From Oligoflexia bacterium (lineage in GTDB: Bacteria > Bdellovibrionota > Bdellovibrionia > JABDDW01): a DNA stretch of 64,000 nt. This document shows positions 29,872-39,345 of this stretch, piece by piece. The stretch spans positions 43,757 to 107,756 of the forward strand of contig JAYTHU010000170.1 of the NCBI GenBank assembly GCA_043732305.1, in the 5' to 3' direction. Within the stretch, counting starts at the first letter, position 1. Each line of letters begins with the position of its first letter. Made by a program: the position numbers and the translations under genes. Under the pieces are notes generated by a model that did not search any database, was not told the origin of the DNA, and saw only the letters and a program-made list of their open reading frames with translations.

Positions 29872-32540
29872 AACAAGAAGTGAAATCCGAAAACCCAGCA
29901 GTGATTAAACCGGTACCGAAGAAAAAACCAGCTTTCGTGGCTGGCCCGGCACCTGTGACGGTTTCTGATGGTGATCTGGATATTATTTCTGACTCTCACA
30001 TTCTTATTCGCGGAGCCCGCGAACATAATCTGAAAAACATCAGCGTCGATTTACCACGCAACCAAATCAGCGTGATCACGGGATTAAGCGGTAGTGGAAA
30101 ATCATCTTTGGCTTTTGACACAATTTACGCCGAGGGGCAAAGACGCTACGTTGAAAGCCTTTCCAGCTACGCTCGGCAATTTTTGGAGCAACTGAAAAAG
30201 CCCGATGTTGATTCCATCACTGGACTTTCTCCCTCCATTAGTATTGAGCAACAAACCACCGGTTCAAATCCTAGATCCACAGTTGGGACGGTTACTGAAA
30301 TTTATGATTTCATGCGACTTCTTTTCGCACGAGTAGGTAAACCCGTTTGTTATATTTGCAAAAAACCTATTTCTGCCCAAAGCATCGATCAAATGATTGA
30401 AAAAATCATGACGCTTCCAGAAGACACAAAGATTCACCTGCTCGCGCCGATTATTCGTGGCAAAAAAGGCGAGTATTTAGCTGAGTTTAAAAAATGGATC
30501 AAGCAAGGGTTTGTCAGAGCCCGCATTGATGGTCAGACGCTTGAGTTAGCTCAAGCAAAGAAATTAGAAAAACAGAAAACTCACGACATCGATCTATTTA
30601 TAGACCGTCTGATTATTAAAAATGGAATCAACGGACGTTTGCGCGAAGGCTTAGAAACCGCACTGCGTTTAGCAGATGGTATCGCCAAGATAGAAGTGGT
30701 AGGCAAGAAGAGTGAATTCATCACTCTTAGCAGTCAGTCGGCCTGTGTCGACTGTGGAATTAGTTACCCCGAGATTGAACCAAGATTTTTCAGCTTTAAC
30801 AATCCCCGTGGAGCATGTCCTGAATGTAATGGCCTTGGATATTTATCCGACAGTGATGAAGAAGACGACGATCATGATGAGCATAACTCTGACACTTCAG
30901 ATGAAGACCATGAAGACGACGATGGTAAAAAAATCGTTTGTCCCCTCTGTGAGGGACAGCGTCTGCGCATTGAAGCTCGCCATGTCTGGGTCAATGATAA
31001 AAGTATCACTGAGCTTTCTCACATGCCCGCATCAGACTTAGGTAAATTCTTTTCTAAAGTGACATTCTCAAAACGAGACACAGAAGTAGGTTCAAAAGTT
31101 TTAAAAGAAATTATATCGCGTTTGGAATTTTTGACAAAAGTGGGAGTGGACTATCTTTCGATCGATAGACCCAGTAAAACTCTAAGCGGCGGCGAAAGTC
31201 AGAGAATAAAACTCGCATCGCAAATTGGTTCTTCACTTATTGGAGTTCTCTACGTTTTAGACGAACCTAGTATTGGTCTTCACCCTCGCGATCATTCAAG
31301 ACTTCTAAAAACCTTACGAAATCTTTGCGAGATGGGAAACACCATCTTGCTCGTCGAGCATGATGAAGAAACAATTTTATCCTCCGATTACGTTGTAGAT
31401 TTGGGACCCGGCGCAGGAAAACATGGCGGTCAACTTTTAGCTGTGGGTACGCCCGATGAAATTAAAGCAAATAAGAACAGCATCACTGGCGCATTTTTGA
31501 GTGGAAGAAATTTTATCAAAGTTCCCCTGACGAGACGTTCCGGCAATGGGAAAATGATTTCGATTAAGGGAGCCAGTGGTAACAATCTAAAAAATATCGA
31601 TTTCAACTTACCGTTGGGAACACTAACTGTTGTCACAGGCGTGAGTGGTAGTGGAAAATCAACAGTCATCATTGACACTCTCTACCGAATTTTGAGTCGA
31701 GACCTTTATAATTCTTCAGTCGAACCCTCACCGTATAAATCTATTTCGGGTATTAGCGATATAGATAAAGTGATCGACATCGATCAAAGCCCCATTGGCA
31801 GAACTCCAAGATCTAATCCGGCAACTTACACCGGACTTTTCACTCTGATAAGAGATCTGTTCGCCATGCTGCCTGATTCTAAAATGCGCGGCTACAAACC
31901 AGGTCGATACAGCTTCAACGTCAAAGGGGGTCGCTGTGACACCTGCGAAGGCGCGGGTTTGGTCAAAATTGAAATGCATTTCATGCCGGACGTCTATGTT
32001 CTCTGCGACACTTGCATGGGAAAACGTTACAACCGTGAAACGTTAGAAGTGAAATTCAAAGACAAGAGCATTGCCGAAATATTGGCCATGAATGTTGAAG
32101 AAGCCCTTGAGTTTTTTGACAAAGTTCCTTTGATCAAAGCAAAACTCTTCACTCTCAATGCGGTTGGCTTAGGTTATATTTCTCTTGGACAAAGTTCAAC
32201 CACGCTAAGCGGTGGAGAAGCACAAAGAATTAAACTGAGCAAAGAACTTTCCAAGCGCAGTACCGGCCGCTCTCTATATATTTTAGATGAGCCCACAACT
32301 GGATTGCATTTTGAGGACGTTAAAAAACTGATTGAAATTTTGTCTATGTTGGTTGATCAGGGCAATACGGTGCTAGTGATCGAGCATAATTTAGACGTCG
32401 CAAAATCTGCAGATCATATTATCGATCTTGGACCTGAAGGCGGAAACGGCGGCGGATTCATTGTCGCACAGGGAACGCCAGAGCAAGTTTCCAAAGTAAA
32501 AGCCAGTCATACGGCGACTTTTCTTCGTCCGTTGCTTTAA
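29868..32540 (+). CDS. uvrA: Excinuclease ABC subunit A
   Basis: Two ABC modules ([17 protein letters not shown], two LSGGE signatures), zinc fingers. Confidence 0.97.
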   Translation: MKQEVKSENPAVIKPVPKKKPAFVAGPAPVTVSDGDLDIISDSHILIRGAREHNLKNISVDLPRNQISVITGLSGSGKSSLAFDTIYAEGQRRYVESLSSYARQFLEQLKKPDVDSITGLSPSISIEQQTTGSNPRSTVGTVTEIYDFMRLLFARVGKPVCYICKKPISAQSIDQMIEKIMTLPEDTKIHLLAPIIRGKKGEYLAEFKKWIKQGFVRARIDGQTLELAQAKKLEKQKTHDIDLFIDRLIIKNGINGRLREGLETALRLADGIAKIEVVGKKSEFITLSSQSACVDCGISYPEIEPRFFSFNNPRGACPECNGLGYLSDSDEEDDDHDEHNSDTSDEDHEDDDGKKIVCPLCEGQRLRIEARHVWVNDKSITELSHMPASDLGKFFSKVTFSKRDTEVGSKVLKEIISRLEFLTKVGVDYLSIDRPSKTLSGGESQRIKLASQIGSSLIGVLYVLDEPSIGLHPRDHSRLLKTLRNLCEMGNTILLVEHDEETILSSDYVVDLGPGAGKHGGQLLAVGTPDEIKANKNSITGAFLSGRNFIKVPLTRRSGNGKMISIKGASGNNLKNIDFNLPLGTLTVVTGVSGSGKSTVIIDTLYRILSRDLYNSSVEPSPYKSISGISDIDKVIDIDQSPIGRTPRSNPATYTGLFTLIRDLFAMLPDSKMRGYKPGRYSFNVKGGRCDTCEGAGLVKIEMHFMPDVYVLCDTCMGKRYNRETLEVKFKDKSIAEILAMNVEEALEFFDKVPLIKAKLFTLNAVGLGYISLGQSSTTLSGGEAQRIKLSKELSKRSTGRSLYILDEPTTGLHFEDVKKLIEILSMLVDQGNTVLVIEHNLDVAKSADHIIDLGPEGGNGGGFIVAQGTPEQVSKVKASHTATFLRPLL

Positions 32541-32544
32541 TTTA

Positions 32545-35070
32545 TTACTTTCCGCTTTCTTCGAGGTTGGGATCAACGTAAACTTCCGCCGGTTGGCGCT
32601 TAGCAATCTCATTCATAAAAAATTTCTTCTCAAATTTTTTGAATGCCTCAAACTTGACATTCGTTCCCAGCTTATCTTTCATGAAGGCCACAGAATCAAC
32701 TTCTGATTCCCGCATTTTTTTAATGTTCTGCTCTACGAAATCTGGGTTAATATTGTTTCTTTTATCAGAAAGCTCTTGAACCAAAGTTTTCTCTTTTGAC
32801 AAAATTTCGATAGTTGTTTCTTCAGGAATTCTCCAGCTGTTGAAAAAATAATTACTGGCTTCTTTAACCCAACGAGACTGAATTTCTGAATCTCGATACA
32901 AGCTCACAAAATTTTTGGTGTAAATGATAGAGTCAGTATATGTATCTCGAACTTCAGCATCTTGTGCCGGCTCAAATTTTCTCTCTTCGAGTTCACGCGC
33001 CCGTTGAATTTTCTGCTCTTCTAAAATACTCGCCATGCTTCGTTTCTGAGTCTGATCGTAAGCCAGATTAAAGGCGAAAGATCCCAATAAACCCGTCGCA
33101 ATTGCTAATCCTATGAAACGCAATCGACGTTTCTTTTGACTTTGAGCGATCTCAGGCGAATTGTAATTAGTCATATGCGTTGATGTAGAAATGTTTGAGA
33201 GATTTTCAACAAACGCTGCTTCAATTTGAGGCAACAAATCATCAGAAAATTTCGCAAGCTCCACTTTTGTAATATAAGCAAGGGCAGTTTTCAAAACTTT
33301 GCTGTGCACATCATGAGAGATAGCATTTTGTTTGGCCTGCATTTCGCGCAGCATTATCTCTCGCAGTTGATTATTTTTTTCTATGTCGAGAAGCAAAGAC
33401 TCTTGGAATTGCTTTTCGCGATCCTTCTTGAGATTTTCAAAATTATCCACGAGGGATATCTTTTGCTCTTGAATTTTAAGATCATAAGATCTAGAAAGTT
33501 CTTTAATTTTTCCCTTATCTTCTTCTATTTTTAGTTGAAGATTAGCGGCGCGTTTCTCTAGCTGTACAGCCTCACCCTCAATCTTATGTTTCCGCTCATT
33601 TGCTTTTTCAAAGATCAAAATGGCGCCTTCATGTTCTTTTTCAGTCTTTGAGATCTTCGCGCTGAGATCAGTTATAAAGGATTTCTTCTCATCAAGTTGC
33701 CCGAGAGCAATTACTTTCTTTCTTTCGATTTCTTCAATCTGCACTTTTAAACTTTGAGCGACTACTTCAAGCTCGTGGGTTTCGATCTTTTTTTGCTTCA
33801 ATTCACTATCAACACGCAAACGCATCTCTTTCTCGCGCGACTGTTCCGTTTTTTCTAGCTCATGAAGGTGTGTTTTATAAATTTGCTCAAACTCATGTTC
33901 CTTTTTCTGAATTTCAATAATTTTTAACTCTTTGAGATGAGCAATTTCTTTCGCTTGCTTTGCCAATTGAAATTCAGATTCTTCTACCCTTACTTTGATT
34001 TCATCTTCTTTGATTTCGATTTGTCTTTTTAATTCCAGTTCGTGCTGGCTAGCGAGGAGTGTCAACTCAGACTGCTTTTTCTTAACATCCAAATCTTTCT
34101 GTTGGGCCAATCGATCAACTTCTTTTTGTATGTCTAAAAGTGCGTCTTCAAGTGCAGCACGCTTTTTATCCATTTCTTTGCTAAGTTCATTATCTTTGGT
34201 GTTTCTAAGCGTATTAATCTCGCCGTGCCTTCGTTCGATCTCGTCAAGCAAGCCTGCATGATTTACCTTGAGTTCGGCTTCGGCTTTTAACATGTAGTCC
34301 GCTTTTATTTTTTCGGCGTCTTTTTCGGCTTGAGCAATAGAATCTTTGGTCGCTTTTAAACCGAACTTAATATTCATTTGAACAATGTCTTCTGCTTTTT
34401 TCTCGGCATCTTTAATTATCGTTTCGGCTAAAATCGTAGATGTTTTTTTCGATTCTAACGAAAGCGCGTCCCCTTTAGCGCGAGCTTCCTGCAAAAACTC
34501 AGCAGCTCGAATTTCACCTGATTTTTTAATATCATCGGCCAATACTTTCGTATCCAGATCAAACTTTGCTAGTCTCTCTTCCATGCCCCGTGCTAATTTG
34601 TCATTATGTTCTTGAGCCAACAGACTGACTCGGTTTGCTTGCTGATTTGCACCCTTGATCATTTCTTTCAAAGCTTCTTTTTCAACTTCTGGAAGAAGGG
34701 AGTTTGCGATATCTTTTTCATTAAAAAGTTTTTCGAAAACTTCTACTTTCAGGCGAATTTCGGTACTTCCGAGCTTGATCACATCGTTCGATTCAATCTG
34801 AATTGTCTTTTTGGGTTCTACTTTTGTGTTATTAATGAACGTGCCATTGGCAGAACCTTGATCAGTCATCATAACGTGTCCGTCTTTCACGTGAAAAATC
34901 ACGTGAACACGACTCATGCTCGGTTCAGGAAATGGCATAGTGCAATCAGGCGAACGGCCAATGCTAAATGATTTGCCGTCAACAATTCGCTTATAGGTTT
35001 CTGTAGTGTCTTGAACAGTCACCAAGAAAGAAGTAAAATATTTTTTACCTTTAAGAAAATCTAAACCCAT
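32545..35070 (-). CDS. FHA-domain, long coiled-coil, single-pass membrane protein
   Basis: IGRS...SRVH...DQGSANGT FHA; K/E/Q-rich heptads at ~130-590; KKRRLR then TM at ~652-672; C-terminal domain. Confidence 0.85.
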   Translation of the reverse strand: MGLDFLKGKKYFTSFLVTVQDTTETYKRIVDGKSFSIGRSPDCTMPFPEPSMSRVHVIFHVKDGHVMMTDQGSANGTFINNTKVEPKKTIQIESNDVIKLGSTEIRLKVEVFEKLFNEKDIANSLLPEVEKEALKEMIKGANQQANRVSLLAQEHNDKLARGMEERLAKFDLDTKVLADDIKKSGEIRAAEFLQEARAKGDALSLESKKTSTILAETIIKDAEKKAEDIVQMNIKFGLKATKDSIAQAEKDAEKIKADYMLKAEAELKVNHAGLLDEIERRHGEINTLRNTKDNELSKEMDKKRAALEDALLDIQKEVDRLAQQKDLDVKKKQSELTLLASQHELELKRQIEIKEDEIKVRVEESEFQLAKQAKEIAHLKELKIIEIQKKEHEFEQIYKTHLHELEKTEQSREKEMRLRVDSELKQKKIETHELEVVAQSLKVQIEEIERKKVIALGQLDEKKSFITDLSAKISKTEKEHEGAILIFEKANERKHKIEGEAVQLEKRAANLQLKIEEDKGKIKELSRSYDLKIQEQKISLVDNFENLKKDREKQFQESLLLDIEKNNQLREIMLREMQAKQNAISHDVHSKVLKTALAYITKVELAKFSDDLLPQIEAAFVENLSNISTSTHMTNYNSPEIAQSQKKRRLRFIGLAIATGLLGSFAFNLAYDQTQKRSMASILEEQKIQRARELEERKFEPAQDAEVRDTYTDSIIYTKNFVSLYRDSEIQSRWVKEASNYFFNSWRIPEETTIEILSKEKTLVQELSDKRNNINPDFVEQNIKKMRESEVDSVAFMKDKLGTNVKFEAFKKFEKKFFMNEIAKRQPAEVYVDPNLEESGK

Positions 35071-35073
35071 ACA

Positions 35074-35985
35074 TTAAGAAGCTTTCGCTTTTTTAACCAA
35101 ACTGATTTCAACTTGTTGGTTAACGGCCTTTTCGGCCAAGGCTTCAATAGGATCTTTATGTTCATCAAAAGATCCTTCATTTTTAGGATAATTGTTATTG
35201 TCAGCGCGATACCACAAGAGGTCCAGGCTGCTTTCGAAACTATCAACCATAGAGACATAAACTCGCTCTGGTGAAAAAACTGTATTCCACATATGCATAA
35301 CTAGTGAAAATGAAATTCCAAAAATAGAGCTATGCATAGCAAACGCTATTTCATTTAGAAAGCGATCCATAATATTTTTTGTATTGTCGAGATCATTCAT
35401 GTTCATACCGCCCAATTCGGGCAGACCTTTTGATATCCCGATAAAAGTTCCCAAAATTCCTGCAACGACAAAAAGGCCGGGTAGAATACTCACAACATCA
35501 TTCACCGAGGCAATAGGAAGAACGCCAAAGATGCGATTGAAACAAGGGTTATGTTGAAAAGTAGATTTTGTAATATTCAAAAGTTTCGGATTGCCTTTTG
35601 TCCATTTCAAAAATTTAAGTTGCTTTAGGATATCTTTGACAAGCCAGGCACAGCCTTGTTTAACCAAAAATACGCGATCACTCAGCGTCATGATAGGATC
35701 ATTAGTACGAAGCTTTTTGCGGTCACGCATTTCAAAAGATTCATAATAAGCGCGCTCTAAAATTCTTTTGGCGAGGGAATAAAACGAAACATCAGCGACA
35801 TCGCCGGGCGTTTCAGATTCCATAAATTTACTGACTCGTCTTTCAAACTCACGAGCAAACCATTCATGTCGCTTCACAGTGTAATACATCATGAAACGGA
35901 CAAAACATCCGAGGGCAAATATGGTGCCCATAATCCATGGCAGAATTACAATGAACGAGTCGGCGAATCCTTTTGTTACTTCCAT
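35074..35985 (-). CDS. MotA/TolQ/ExbB (ZorA-like) ion-channel subunit
   Basis: Three TM helices; LPGLFVVAGILGTFIGISKGL and AFAMHSSIFGISFS match the channel helices of the family. Confidence 0.75.
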   Translation of the reverse strand: MEVTKGFADSFIVILPWIMGTIFALGCFVRFMMYYTVKRHEWFAREFERRVSKFMESETPGDVADVSFYSLAKRILERAYYESFEMRDRKKLRTNDPIMTLSDRVFLVKQGCAWLVKDILKQLKFLKWTKGNPKLLNITKSTFQHNPCFNRIFGVLPIASVNDVVSILPGLFVVAGILGTFIGISKGLPELGGMNMNDLDNTKNIMDRFLNEIAFAMHSSIFGISFSLVMHMWNTVFSPERVYVSMVDSFESSLDLLWYRADNNNYPKNEGSFDEHKDPIEALAEKAVNQQVEISLVKKAKAS

Positions 35986-36021
35986 TTCCTGTCCCCTTAT
36001 CTAGATGTAAACTTGAAATAC

Positions 36022-37542
36022 TTATTTTTTATCTTCAAAACTAAATCGAATTATAACTCTCTGAGCTTTTTGACAATCGTGTGAGGCGCAGAAATCACCG
36101 CGGTTCGCATTGGTTGGCTTACGTGTACTTGTTTCGGGCAATTTTTCGGCGAGGAAACTTCTCCCAGTGACTTTGATCAACGGCAGCATGTCTTTTTGAT
36201 GTTCGAAACTAATTTTACTTTCATCAAAGACAAACTTAAAAATGGATCGTGCTCTGCCATAACTAAGATCTAAGTTGTAATCGATGGCGTTCTTACCCTC
36301 TTCCGTATTTATCGCTTTTGGATCTACGTATTTGCCACGGTAGGTCGGCGAAGCAAATCCAATAATCTCAACAGCCGCAATTTTACTGGCAATTTTCTTA
36401 TCACCCAGAAGTGATTTTGAATAAACCGGCATAGCTTTTTTAAGAACTTCTTTCATGCGCTCTTTCAACTTTGTTGAATCGTTATCAAAGTATGCATCTC
36501 CAAAATTAATAACTACTTCGCCAGTATTTTCATTGATATCCGCTGACACTCCCGCTTTTGCAAATCCACTTCGAATGTCTTTGGCAATTTGCTTTCGCGC
36601 GTCCGCCTCAGCGCGGGCATGAGCGAGCAGACCTTCCGTGTCTTTCAGAGAACCTCGCAAAGCGCCCATTTTTGCATTGTAGCCAGCCACGGTGGAATGA
36701 AGTTTTCCTTCTAAGCCTTTATTCTCTGCTTCGGCTTTGCCAAGGCTTCCCTTAGCTTGATCGAGTTCGCCGGCCACTTGTCCAAGCTTTCCTTGCACAT
36801 CGGCTAGTTGATTTTCCATTGCCGCGGTTGTTGATTTAAGTTGTGCGATTTTTTTCTGATTGGAACCTTTGAGGGATTCAACTTTTTTCTCATAGGCTGC
36901 GTCAGACATTTCTTTGAGTTTCCATGAGGATTTTAATTCTTTTAGTTTCAATTTTAGTTTTTCGTTGGCGGCTGTGATTTTGTTTTCGTTTGAAGCAATC
37001 AGTGCTTCTTTTTGAGAAACATTTTTTTCCAGTGAATTGATTTCAGTACCCTGGTTGTCTATTTTAACGTCTTGTTTACCGATAACATCTTCGCGCCTCT
37101 TCATTTTCGTCTTTGCCAGAAGGTTTGCGTTTACGATATTTCTAACCATCTGCTGATACTGGTTGAGAGCTTTTTCTTTTTTCTCGTTCTCTGATGCTTT
37201 TTGAGTTAAATCGTTTTTTTCATTCTTGGCATCTTCTTTAAGAAGAGTGATCTTATCCATTAATTCGGCATAAAGTTTTTCGTCTTCAGGTTTTGCTTCG
37301 TTCTTTAAATAATCTTGTTTGACTGAGTCGTACATTTTGAGTTGATTTTTTAAATCTTGAACTTGAGTAGTGAGCTTTTGATTTTGCAACTGTTGCTGAA
37401 TGCCATTAGTGCCCTGACGCAAACTTGCCGTCACATACAATAGCAAAAACACCACACTCATTCCTAAAAATAAGTCTGAATAAGATGTCCAAAAGCTTCC
37501 GCTATCTTCGCCGCTTTTATTTTTTTTGTAGTCGAACGCCAT
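36022..37542 (-). CDS. MotB/ZorB-like subunit: TM with conserved Asp, long coiled coil, OmpA-like C-terminal domain
   Basis: SFWTSYSD(23)LFLG TM; coiled coil at ~45-320; YFDNDSTKLK, IIGFASP, NLDLSYGRA, VTGRS, QRVIIRF. Confidence 0.8.
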   Translation of the reverse strand: MAFDYKKNKSGEDSGSFWTSYSDLFLGMSVVFLLLYVTASLRQGTNGIQQQLQNQKLTTQVQDLKNQLKMYDSVKQDYLKNEAKPEDEKLYAELMDKITLLKEDAKNEKNDLTQKASENEKKEKALNQYQQMVRNIVNANLLAKTKMKRREDVIGKQDVKIDNQGTEINSLEKNVSQKEALIASNENKITAANEKLKLKLKELKSSWKLKEMSDAAYEKKVESLKGSNQKKIAQLKSTTAAMENQLADVQGKLGQVAGELDQAKGSLGKAEAENKGLEGKLHSTVAGYNAKMGALRGSLKDTEGLLAHARAEADARKQIAKDIRSGFAKAGVSADINENTGEVVINFGDAYFDNDSTKLKERMKEVLKKAMPVYSKSLLGDKKIASKIAAVEIIGFASPTYRGKYVDPKAINTEEGKNAIDYNLDLSYGRARSIFKFVFDESKISFEHQKDMLPLIKVTGRSFLAEKLPETSTRKPTNANRGDFCASHDCQKAQRVIIRFSFEDKK

Positions 37543-37569
37543 GATTATCCCATTCCTCTCTTAGGGATA

Positions 37570-37596
37570 ATTTCGACAGAAAGGTCAAATTTCTAA
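37570..37596 (-). promoter_or_regulatory. Possible sigma28-type promoter of the MotB/MotA/FHA operon
   Basis: Minus strand TTAG-N15-GTCGAAAT, between the atpE terminator and a GAGAGGA SD-like sequence. Confidence 0.35.
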
Positions 37597-37627
37597 ACAG
37601 GGCTGGAGTCTAGATAGTTTTCGAGCA

Positions 37628-37660
37628 ATAAAAAACCCGACCATTGAATAGTCGGGTTCT
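37628..37660 (-). terminator. Rho-independent terminator after atpE
   Basis: AACCCGAC/GTCGGGTT stem followed on the minus strand by a U-tract. Confidence 0.85.
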
Positions 37661-37734
37661 TCTGTAACGCAGTATCTCTACTAATAAGATCCACAGGCGG
37701 GCCAGGCCAACCTGCGATACTCATTGGTTTGCGA

Positions 37735-38046
37735 TTAGACTTTTCCTGAAAGTCCGAAAGCAATGATCAAAGCGTAGATGACCAAAGACTCGATCAAAGC
37801 CAAAGCGATGATCATAGGGATAAAGATCTTACCTTGAGCTGCGGGATTGCGAGCAATACCGTCTAGAGCTGCAGCAGCGGCTTTACCTTGTCCAAGTGCA
37901 CCACCGAGTGCGGCCACACCAATGGCGATTGCAGCAGCGATTGCATACATACCTTTAGCAGAAGCAGTTCCATCATCTGCAAAAGCAGGAATAGCAACGA
38001 TTGAGGTAGCGGCAAAAACATAAAGTGAGCGTGCGAATTTTTTCAT
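37735..38046 (-). CDS. atpE: ATP synthase F0 subunit c with N-terminal signal-like extension
   Basis: GVAALGGALGQG, IARNP, LIESLVIY; ATG at 38046 with AGGAG SD. Confidence 0.96.
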   Translation of the reverse strand: MKKFARSLYVFAATSIVAIPAFADDGTASAKGMYAIAAAIAIGVAALGGALGQGKAAAAALDGIARNPAAQGKIFIPMIIALALIESLVIYALIIAFGLSGKV

Positions 38047-38062
38047 GAGATCTCCTATTAAA

Positions 38063-38749
38063 TTAGTGGTCGTGGGCGGTAGCCAACGAAATATAAACCA
38101 TCGATAAAAGCGAAAATACAAATGCTTGCACGAAGCAAACAAACATACCCAAAAGATAAAAAACCATTGGCACGCCCCAAGGCGTGAGGTTTAGAAAAAT
38201 AGACAGAACCGTGTGGTCTCCTGTCATATTTCCGAAGAGACGCAGACCCAAACTCATGGGTCGAACAAGATGAGAGATTAGTTCAATAGGGAGCATGAGC
38301 CAAGCGAGCCACCAAACTGGTCCCAAGAAATGTTTGAGATATGGGAGACCATGAGCTCTAAGACCTTCAACGTTATACAAAACGAAAACCAAGATACCGC
38401 AAGAAAGTGTGGTGTTCAGATTATCAGTAGCGGGAGAAAACCCGGGGAAAAGTCCAAGCAAATTATTCAGCAAAATATAAATGAAAAGTGATCCGACAAT
38501 AGGGACCATTCGTTCGTTATGAGGACCCATAACGGATTCAACAAGGCTAGTTAGACTTTCAACGACGAGTTCGAAAATACTTCTGATTGAGATTCCTTTT
38601 TTTGGAATTAAAGCTTCTTCAGGTTTTCCCACGACTGCATAAGCGACGAGTGATAACACTGCAATCATCGCTGTCATGAAAGCTTCCGTCAAAACGTGAT
38701 CGGGGTATTTTTCAAGTAACGGAAAAAGATGAAACCAACTAAAATGCAT
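38063..38749 (-). CDS. atpB: ATP synthase F0 subunit a
   Basis: PIELISHLVRPMSLGLRLFGNM, VQAFVFSLLSMVY. Confidence 0.96.
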   Translation of the reverse strand: MHFSWFHLFPLLEKYPDHVLTEAFMTAMIAVLSLVAYAVVGKPEEALIPKKGISIRSIFELVVESLTSLVESVMGPHNERMVPIVGSLFIYILLNNLLGLFPGFSPATDNLNTTLSCGILVFVLYNVEGLRAHGLPYLKHFLGPVWWLAWLMLPIELISHLVRPMSLGLRLFGNMTGDHTVLSIFLNLTPWGVPMVFYLLGMFVCFVQAFVFSLLSMVYISLATAHDH

Positions 38750-39146
38750 TCTTATTTTTCATTTCCAAAATCGATAATCGCAAAGCCAAAATCAAAAAAC
38801 TCCCTAACAGGGTTGTTGTTCCTGCGATTAAGGGTGCTAACTGATGGCTCCACTTATTTACTAGTAAAAAAAGGATTACACCTAAACTTGAGTACTTAGT
38901 TATAACGAGAACAAGCGTCATGGCAACTGGTTTTTTGTCGAAAACTCTTTTCCAAAAGAGTCCTAAAAGTAAAAAGTTAAGAGCCATGAAGGCAGACCCA
39001 GCCAAAAACGGAATAACGCTATGCGCCGAAAATCTCGTTAGGATTAGGGCGGTCACTACTGCGAGCGCTCCTTGGGTCAAAAGTAAAAATCCCAGATTCC
39101 TCTGAACAGTCTGATCAAAAGACGGCCTAGAATCAGGATTGCTCAT
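38739..39146 (-). CDS. ATP synthase I-like membrane protein
   Basis: Four TM helices, directly upstream of atpB. Confidence 0.7.
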   Translation of the reverse strand: MSNPDSRPSFDQTVQRNLGFLLLTQGALAVVTALILTRFSAHSVIPFLAGSAFMALNFLLLGLFWKRVFDKKPVAMTLVLVITKYSSLGVILFLLVNKWSHQLAPLIAGTTTLLGSFLILALRLSILEMKNKNAF

Positions 39147-39345
39147 TGTTTATCTTTTGAAGCCTAAGAGCAAAGCGCAAAAAGGCAAGAACCGACCCGA
39201 CCACGGCGCAGGTGATCAACGCCTTTTGATGAAGATCAAATCTAGTATCCAAGTAGCGCCCCAGAAAAATAAACGCAACTATTGTCACAATTAATTCTGT
39301 GGTGGAAAACATCACAACTCCATAATCTTTCATAAAATCTTTCAT
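39133..39345 (-). CDS. AtpZ/AtpI-family small membrane protein
   Basis: Two TM helices with GRYLD motif; first gene of the F0 cluster. Confidence 0.75.
   Translation of the reverse strand: MKDFMKDYGVVMFSTTELIVTIVAFIFLGRYLDTRFDLHQKALITCAVVGSVLAFLRFALRLQKINNEQS

Noticed and set aside
32545..37542. Calling the operon a canonical Zorya system or flagellar motAB
   Set aside because: No zorC/D/E or flagellar genes nearby, inverted order, and the A subunit has three TMs with no long tail; only family-level similarity is supported
38047..38142. Longer 135-aa atpE ORF from the track
   Set aside because: Overlaps atpB; ATG 38046 has a strong AGGAG SD
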